This document shows, piece by piece, positions 58,362 through 64,000 of a stretch of DNA of 64,000 nucleotides. The notes under the pieces are model-generated. The model was not told the DNA's origin. It ran no database searches and saw only the letters and a program-made list of their open reading frames with translations. Location: positions 1 through 64,000 of the IMG/VR virus record IMGVR_UViG_3300020156_000025. One strand, 5' to 3'. The DNA comes from a virus. The position numbers and the translations under genes were made by a program. Numbering within the stretch: the first letter of the stretch is position 1; every line of letters starts with the position of its first letter.

Positions 58362-59657
58362 ATGCCTGCGAAGAAAGCCGCCAAGAAGACCGCGACGAAA
58401 CAAGCCAAGGGGAACGACGCGCCCGTCCGTTCCCGCACCGGAGGGGGAGGGGAGCTAGCCCGACTGAGGACGGAGATCAATGCCAAGAAAGGACCGGACA
58501 CGGTGATGACGGGGAACACCCTGCCGCCCGCGCGACATATCCCGACCGGATCGTTCCTGTTGGACCTTGCCACGATGGGGGGAATTCCGGAGCGGCAGGC
58601 GACGATGCTTTATGGTTACGAATCGTCGGGGAAGACCGCGGTGCTGATGCGGAACATTGCCGAGTTCCAGCGAAAATATCCGAAGCAGGTCGCGGTGCTG
58701 ATCGATGCGGAGCACATGTATGATCCGCTGTGGGCGGCGCAGTTGGGGGTGGACACGTCCCGATTGGAGGTAGCTAGGCCGGAGACCGGGGAGGAGGCGG
58801 TGGACGTGTTCATCGCCATGATGGAGTGTCTGGAGGTGGGGTATATTGCGCTGGATTCCGTGCCTACGTGCGTGCCGCAGGTGGTGGTGGAGAGGTCGGC
58901 GGAAGACGACACGATGGCTTCCCTTGCCCGGTTGATGGGTAAGTTCTGCTCCAAGGTGTTGACGACGTGGGGTAAGGAGCGCAAGCGGGGGCACTATGTC
59001 ACGGTGGCGTATATCAACCAGTTCCGGTCCAAGGTGGGGCTGGTGTTCGGGGACCCGCGAACGCTGCCCGGTGGCAGGCAGATCAATCACTTGCCGACGA
59101 CCAAGATCGAACTCAAGGGGGACGAGGTGATGGGGGAGGACTCGGTGGGAAACAACGTCTCGCTCCACAACAAAATGACATTCAAGGTGACGAAGGCCAA
59201 GAACGGCTGTTCGATCCGCTCCGGGGAGGTGATGATGGTCATGTCGCCCGACAACGAGCACGGGATGCCGACGGGGGCTTACGACGATTACAAGACCGTG
59301 TTGGTGTATGCGCAACGCTTCGGGCTGTTGACGGGGGCGGGGGCGAACTACCGGTTGGACCTGCTGGGATATGCCAAGATGAAGCTGGGGGACATCGAGC
59401 GCGCGCTGCGGCGCGACCAAGGGAAATTCGACCGGCTCAAGGCGTGCATGATCGTCATGCAACGCGTGTCCAAAAACCTGCCGCCCTTGCCGCCCGACAA
59501 TTTTCTCGTGGGACCGGGAGTGACGGTGCCTGCCGAATTCATTGCCGTCGTGGTGAGGGACCACGAGCGTAAGAAAAACGCCGAATCGCCTCCCGCGCCC
59601 GCGGTGGAGGAAGATGACGGCTTCGACGATAGCGACGAAGAGGACGAAGCGGCTTGA
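58362..59657 (+). CDS. recA: RecA-family recombinase
   Basis: IPTGS..LD...GGIP, YGYESSGKT, IDAEH, LDSV, ARLM, INQFR.KVG..FG.P..PGG. Confidence 0.93.
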   Translation: MPAKKAAKKTATKQAKGNDAPVRSRTGGGGELARLRTEINAKKGPDTVMTGNTLPPARHIPTGSFLLDLATMGGIPERQATMLYGYESSGKTAVLMRNIAEFQRKYPKQVAVLIDAEHMYDPLWAAQLGVDTSRLEVARPETGEEAVDVFIAMMECLEVGYIALDSVPTCVPQVVVERSAEDDTMASLARLMGKFCSKVLTTWGKERKRGHYVTVAYINQFRSKVGLVFGDPRTLPGGRQINHLPTTKIELKGDEVMGEDSVGNNVSLHNKMTFKVTKAKNGCSIRSGEVMMVMSPDNEHGMPTGAYDDYKTVLVYAQRFGLLTGAGANYRLDLLGYAKMKLGDIERALRRDQGKFDRLKACMIVMQRVSKNLPPLPPDNFLVGPGVTVPAEFIAVVVRDHERKKNAESPPAPAVEEDDGFDDSDEEDEAA

Positions 59658-59680
59658 ACCCCTGACGGGAGGATACTGCC

Positions 59681-60280
59681 GTGCCTGAGAGAGACATTCC
59701 CTTGTCGCAGCTATTCGAGCTGGTGGAGAAGCCCAAGAAGGGTATTTGCGTGGTCAAATACTGCCGGAAGAAGCGTGCGGTCACGAGCACACTGTGCGCG
59801 ATGCACAAGATGCATGCGTTCCGGATGCGCAACCCGTTGCTGGCGACCTACCTCCGGTTGCGGGACGGGGCCAAGCGCCGGGGGCTGGAGTTCGGATTGA
59901 CGCGCGAACAGTTCCGCGAGCTGTGCGAGATCACCGGGTATCTGGAGGGGAAAGGAACGAGCCCGTTGTCCATGACGCTCGACCGGATCGATGCGCGGAG
60001 GGGATATGTGCCGGGAAACTTGCAGGTGATGACGTTGCGGGACAACGTGGCGAAGGGGAACCGGGAGAGGGAAATCACGTTCCGGGACGGGATACGGATT
60101 CCGTGGACGGAGATTTCGGTGCAGGCCGAACTGTTCAATGCCCGGGAAGTCGAACGGAGGAAAAGCTACGTGGTGTATTTCCGGGGGGAGGAGCGAACCG
60201 CCCCGCCCTTGCCTGACATGCAGGGGAGACATTGGCTGGACGATGATGCCGGTGATGATACAGGGAACGAACCGTTTTGA
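59681..60280 (+). CDS. HNH-like endonuclease
   Basis: AKRRGLEF.LT...C..TG...LDRID..RGY.PGN....N..K. Confidence 0.7.
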   Translation: MPERDIPLSQLFELVEKPKKGICVVKYCRKKRAVTSTLCAMHKMHAFRMRNPLLATYLRLRDGAKRRGLEFGLTREQFRELCEITGYLEGKGTSPLSMTLDRIDARRGYVPGNLQVMTLRDNVAKGNREREITFRDGIRIPWTEISVQAELFNAREVERRKSYVVYFRGEERTAPPLPDMQGRHWLDDDAGDDTGNEPF

Positions 60281-60284
60281 AGCT

Positions 60285-60677
60285 ATGAACGAGGATTACC
60301 GATCGAGACGTGGACTGGCCGTGCCGAAAAGGGAGCGCGGGGTGAAAACGGTGTCGCATGTGCGGGCACCGAAGCAGGAGAGGGCAATGGCCGAGAGGCT
60401 GGGGGGCAGGTGCACGCCCGCCAGCGGATCGCGGGACGTGAAGGGGGACGTGAGGGTGGAGGGGGTGCTGCGTCTGGAATGCAAGAACACGACCAAGCAA
60501 TCGTTCTCGGTGACGCGGGAGATGATCGAGAAGATCGAGCAAGCCGCGATCAACGCCGGGGAATTGCCCGCGGTGCAGATAGACTTCATCGACGCGCGCG
60601 GAAACGTGGAGGCCAGTGTGGCGGTGGTGCCGTGCTGGGTGCTGGACTCGCTGGCACAGGGAAGGGGGGAGGGATGA
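60285..60677 (+). CDS. PD-(D/E)XK nuclease, Hjc-type resolvase-like
   Basis: QERAMA..LGG....ASGS...KGDV......ECKNT. Confidence 0.7.
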   Translation: MNEDYRSRRGLAVPKRERGVKTVSHVRAPKQERAMAERLGGRCTPASGSRDVKGDVRVEGVLRLECKNTTKQSFSVTREMIEKIEQAAINAGELPAVQIDFIDARGNVEASVAVVPCWVLDSLAQGRGEG

Positions 60678-61696
60678 GTCTTGCCCGCCGCGTGTTGCAG
60701 ACGATGCGGGAACCCCGGAATCCCGGGCCGCAGAGCGTTCCGGTGCGCTCGCGCCGTCCTGTTTTGCAAACCGTGCAAACCGAGAGTCCCGCCGCCGGAA
60801 CGGAAGAGGAGGAGGAGGACGAGCCGTGCGTGACGGCGGGATGGGACGTGGAGCAGGCGTTCGTGACCCGCGCCGCCCTTGTGATGGACCGACAGGGGGA
60901 GGAGTCCCGGACGGGTAGCGAGCTAATCCACCTGTCTTCCATGCTGGCGAAAGACTGGTGCCCGAGGAGACACGTGTTGGCGGCGCGACACGGGGAACGC
61001 CAACTCAAGAGGGTGATGGCTCAGGACCGGATCGTGTGGGAGATGGGACGGGCGGCGGAAAGGCACCTGCGGAACCAGTTCATCGCGTCGCACGGGAGGA
61101 CTCGGGTGGTGGGCAGATGGCAATGTGCGTGCGAGGCGCTCAAGGTGGACGGAAGGGGGCTGTCTGCCGCCGCCTTGCGTTCGGGCAGGCATCGCTGCGC
61201 ACGTTGCAACGGGAACCCGATACACTACGGGGAGCTTCCGGTGACGGGGGACAACCTGACGGGTTCCCCGGACTTGCAATTCATTGAGGGTGCCTCGGTG
61301 GGGCGGCACGTCACCGAGATCAAATCGATCAACAAGCGGGAATACGACCTGCTGACGGGTCCGCTGCCGGTGCACGTGCTCCAGTTGTCGGGCTATGTGC
61401 TGATGCTGCGGGCGGCGGGGGTGGTGGTCGATACAGCCCGGGTGGCGTATGTCTGCAAGGACTACGTGCCGCCGGGAACCAGTCCCTACAAGGAGTATGT
61501 GGTGATGCGACCGGGGCTGGAGTTGCCCGCCGCGCAACGGGCCGGGATCGGGCTGATCCAAGAGCAGGCGTCCGCGCTGGGAGCCACGCTCAGGAACTCG
61601 GGGCCTTTGCCGCCCCGGCTGACCAAGTGCACGGCTCCGACCGCGACGGCGGCGAAGGGGTGCAGCCAGTGCGCGCTGTGCTTTTCCTTGGACTGA
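60674..61696 (+). CDS. Cas4-like PD-(D/E)XK exonuclease
   Basis: WCPR, G.PD, EIKS, QLSGY, C-terminal C...C..C...C cluster; internal CxC/CxxC insert. Confidence 0.72.
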   Translation: MSLARRVLQTMREPRNPGPQSVPVRSRRPVLQTVQTESPAAGTEEEEEDEPCVTAGWDVEQAFVTRAALVMDRQGEESRTGSELIHLSSMLAKDWCPRRHVLAARHGERQLKRVMAQDRIVWEMGRAAERHLRNQFIASHGRTRVVGRWQCACEALKVDGRGLSAAALRSGRHRCARCNGNPIHYGELPVTGDNLTGSPDLQFIEGASVGRHVTEIKSINKREYDLLTGPLPVHVLQLSGYVLMLRAAGVVVDTARVAYVCKDYVPPGTSPYKEYVVMRPGLELPAAQRAGIGLIQEQASALGATLRNSGPLPPRLTKCTAPTATAAKGCSQCALCFSLD

Positions 61697-61730
61697 GGCC
61701 GGGGACATGCTAGGGCTACCGGAGCAACCG

Positions 61731-62324
61731 ATGAACAGCCAACCAGTGAGGAGCAGGAGATCGCCGCGGGGGATAAAAACGATGGGCATAGACCCGTCCT
61801 TGAACGGCACCGCGGTGGTGGCGTGGCAGAAGGAGCTTGACCCGGAACTCTACGGACCCGCGGGGGCGGTGCTGGAGATGCATCTGACTCCCAAGCTCAC
61901 GGGCATGGAGAGACTGGTGTGGCTGAGGGAGCAAATGCTCGCCATTATCGAGGGGGCGAGACCGGACGTGATCGTGCTTGAGGACTATGCGCTGGGGATA
62001 AGGGGGAAGGGACTGATCGGGTCGCTGGAGTTCGGCGGGGTGCTCAGGTTGCTGTTGCACGAATGGTCCCGGATGAGGAACGTTCCGGTGTGGAAGATAC
62101 CCCCGGCCAACCTTAAACAATTCACGACGGGGAAAGGGAATGCGGATAAGCCGCAGATGGTGATGGCGTGCTATAAGCGATGGAGCTACGATCCGTTGGG
62201 GTCGAGTCACGATTTGGCCGACGCCTATGCGCTGGCGCGGGTGGGACACGCGCTGGTCGATCCCTCCGTGAAAACAACACAGGTGGAACGCTCCGCGCTG
62301 TCAAAGGCGGTGCGTCTCGTGTAA
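61731..62324 (+). CDS. ruvC: RuvC-like Holliday junction resolvase
   Basis: GIDPSL..T, VLEDY, P.NLK...TGKGNADK, DLADAYALA. Confidence 0.85.
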   Translation: MNSQPVRSRRSPRGIKTMGIDPSLNGTAVVAWQKELDPELYGPAGAVLEMHLTPKLTGMERLVWLREQMLAIIEGARPDVIVLEDYALGIRGKGLIGSLEFGGVLRLLLHEWSRMRNVPVWKIPPANLKQFTTGKGNADKPQMVMACYKRWSYDPLGSSHDLADAYALARVGHALVDPSVKTTQVERSALSKAVRLV

Positions 62325-62432
62325 CTGCCCGTATCCCTGAAATTAGGCGATAGGGGGGAATTTTCCTCGGTTAAGAATCAACGAGTTATACCGGTTTCTG
62401 CAAAGATTTGCTGCAAACTTTGCAAAATCGAC

Positions 62433-62461
62433 TTGCTAAACGATACCCGGTGCCGCATGCT
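62433..62461 (+). promoter_or_regulatory. early promoter repeat
   Basis: TTGCTA-17 nt (AACGATACCCGGTGCCG)-CATGCT; 32 bp identical to 38825-38856 starting at 62412. Confidence 0.7.
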
Positions 62462-62485
62462 GTCCCCCGTCAACCGAAACCGCCA

Positions 62486-62782
62486 ATGAAAACCGATCCT
62501 GATACTTCCACGTTGTCTATCGCTGCCGACAAGTTCCGTTTGTTCGATTTCACCGATCCGGACAACAAAACCCTCCGCACCTACGCAACCCGCGAGCGAC
62601 TGAATACCGCAATCGATCGTCTTGCGTCCGGTTTGTTGCAATCCTTTCGCTCCAGCGTGACGCTGGTGCCGCTGTGCACGCCTGCCGGTCGCCATACCGC
62701 GCTGTTTATCCTTCGTTCTGACACCGCCCACTTGACTACGTTTTTCGTGAATCGCGGATTCGCGGTCTATGTGGGAGGCTGA
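62486..62782 (+). CDS. hypothetical early protein (lower GC)
   Basis: First ORF after the promoter. Confidence 0.55.
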   Translation: MKTDPDTSTLSIAADKFRLFDFTDPDNKTLRTYATRERLNTAIDRLASGLLQSFRSSVTLVPLCTPAGRHTALFILRSDTAHLTTFFVNRGFAVYVGG

Positions 62783-62893
62783 TCCTTGTCCCCCGTCCGC
62801 CCCGGAACTTTTTGCAAACTGTGCATTGCGTTCCGGGGCGGGAGGGAGCCAAGCTCCGCTCCGCAACAAAAACAACCGACCAAAAACAGAGAA

Positions 62894-63991
62894 ATGAAAG
62901 CAACTGCCAAGCCTAGCCAACAGATCGAAAATGGCACCGAGGTGGAATTCAAGGGGTATTCGGAACCGGTGGACAAGCCGGTGCTGACCGCCGGAGAACG
63001 CGTGTTCATCGTGGGCTTCAACGAGGACGAGGCCACCTATAACGTCGCCAAGACCGCCCGCGGGGCGGGGGTGGAATCCCTGCTCCCGAGCGAATTCGTG
63101 GTGATGGGGGCCAAACCCTCCGTGGTGGCCAAGAAAGCCGCGAAGAAAGCGGCGAAGAAAGCCGCCAAGGTCGCGACCCCGGAAACCGAGACGGAGGAGA
63201 CCGAGGAACATGAACCGCCCGTGGTCGTGGACGGAACCAAGGAATCCGCCGCCCCTTCCGCGAAGCCCGCGGCCAAGAAAGTCGCTGCCAAGAAGGCGGC
63301 GAAGAAAGCCGCGAAAAAGGCGGAAACGGTCCCGGTCGTGTTCCAGCCCGTGAAACTGTCCGCCGCCATGAAGGCGGAGGTGGAAGCGGCCAAGGGGAAT
63401 CTGGTTCAGGCGGCGAAACGCTGCTGCGCCAAGAGCGATGTCATGGACTTCACCCTAGGGGGTTTGCTTGCCAAGATCTATGATGACAAGCTCCACGAGG
63501 AGGTGAAGGATGAGGCAGGGAACCAGATGTATGAGGGTTCCAGCGGCTTCGGGGCGTTCTGCGAGGTGTTCATCGGGTGCGGGGGCCGCAAGGCGTTCTA
63601 CCTGATCGATACGTTCCGCACCTGCCAGCGCCTGAAGATCACGGAGAAAATGGTGGAGGGAATCGGCTGGTCGAAGCTGAAAGAGGCCCTCCGCGCCTTG
63701 ACCGAGGAAAACGTCAACGAAATCCTGACGCTCGCCCGGTCCACCCCGTATGACCAGTTCCGCACGGCCATGCGCCAGCGGATCGTGGACGCGGGGGACA
63801 ATGCACACGGGAACCGCAATACCGTGGTGCTCACGTCGATGCGCTTCGCCTTCCACGCCGACAAGGCCGAGGTCGTGAAGGCCGCACTTGACAAGGCCAA
63901 GGCGTCGCTCGGCCTCAAGGGGGACGACGTGAAGACGAACTCCGATGCATTCGCGCACATTGTCAGCGAATGGTATCAGATCGCAGAGTAA
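62894..63991 (+). CDS. hypothetical DNA-binding protein with histone H1-like AKKA repeats
   Basis: Two (AAKK)n tracts; SH3-like N-terminus; helical C-terminal domain. Confidence 0.65.
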   Translation: MKATAKPSQQIENGTEVEFKGYSEPVDKPVLTAGERVFIVGFNEDEATYNVAKTARGAGVESLLPSEFVVMGAKPSVVAKKAAKKAAKKAAKVATPETETEETEEHEPPVVVDGTKESAAPSAKPAAKKVAAKKAAKKAAKKAETVPVVFQPVKLSAAMKAEVEAAKGNLVQAAKRCCAKSDVMDFTLGGLLAKIYDDKLHEEVKDEAGNQMYEGSSGFGAFCEVFIGCGGRKAFYLIDTFRTCQRLKITEKMVEGIGWSKLKEALRALTEENVNEILTLARSTPYDQFRTAMRQRIVDAGDNAHGNRNTVVLTSMRFAFHADKAEVVKAALDKAKASLGLKGDDVKTNSDAFAHIVSEWYQIAE

Positions 63992-64000
63992 ACCTCGACT

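Larger units (their letters stand above)
325..60881 (+). repeat. dispersed polar octamer CGCCCTTG (at least 47 copies)
   Basis: Examples at 325, 843, 2413, 2822, 4037, 5966, 7781, 10458, 12449, 19005, 26016, 33179, 42643, 51420, 55767, 60874; reverse complement noticed once (3845). Confidence 0.85.
928..62825 (+). repeat. dispersed TGCA-N5-TGCA operator-like motif (at least 22 copies)
   Basis: First TGCA at 928, 5558, 6294, 9879, 13969, 18413, 20363, 24005, 27353, 32826, 33682, 37848, 38825, 41345, 45707, 48651, 51555, 54478, 57875, 60765, 62412, 62813; one-mismatch copy at 39241. Confidence 0.9.

Noticed and set aside
9878-60780. Recurrent peptide LQTVQ as a protein motif
   Set aside because: It is the translation of the TGCA-N5-TGCA DNA site; the same DNA occurs in other frames and between genes.
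60674-61696. Cas4-like gene as evidence of a CRISPR-Cas system
   Set aside because: No repeat-spacer array or other cas genes seen; solo Cas4-like exonucleases are common in phages.
63121-63320. GCCAAGAAA-type tandem DNA repeats
   Set aside because: Explained by the coding AKKA tracts, with synonymous variation.

Overview
Nearly the whole window is one GC-rich (roughly 65% by eye) tailed-phage genome of siphovirus type. It has an HK97-family portal, protease and capsid, a TP901-type tape measure and no sheath gene. Genes lie almost entirely on the + strand. The left arm (1-38.6 kb) carries a tailspike, queD/queE/folE (7-deazaguanine precursor enzymes), terminase, GroES, head and tail genes with a G/GT -1 frameshift, and a lysis cassette. 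About eight glycosyltransferase, sulfotransferase and methyltransferase genes are interspersed among these structural genes. The right arm (38.8-64 kb) carries early genes behind a repeated promoter, a Ycf46-type AAA+/DUF1257/DUF2997 module, and an autonomous replication/recombination set: initiator with iterons, DnaC-like protein, DnaB, UDG-PolA, primase, SSB, SF2 helicase, RecA, HNH, Hjc-like, Cas4-like and RuvC. I saw no integrase, tRNA or CRISPR array. Four signals are not explained by ordinary annotation: (1) the peptide PVRSR(R) recurs in the disordered parts of seven unrelated DNA-handling proteins; (2) the quasi-palindrome TGCA-N5-TGCA occurs at least 22 times, with about 2.9 kb spacing across the replication arm; (3) the strand-polar octamer CGCCCTTG occurs at least 47 times; (4) a distributed glycosylation/sulfation toolkit sits among the virion genes. 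All family calls come from motif recognition by eye with no database search, and all counts are manual minimums.
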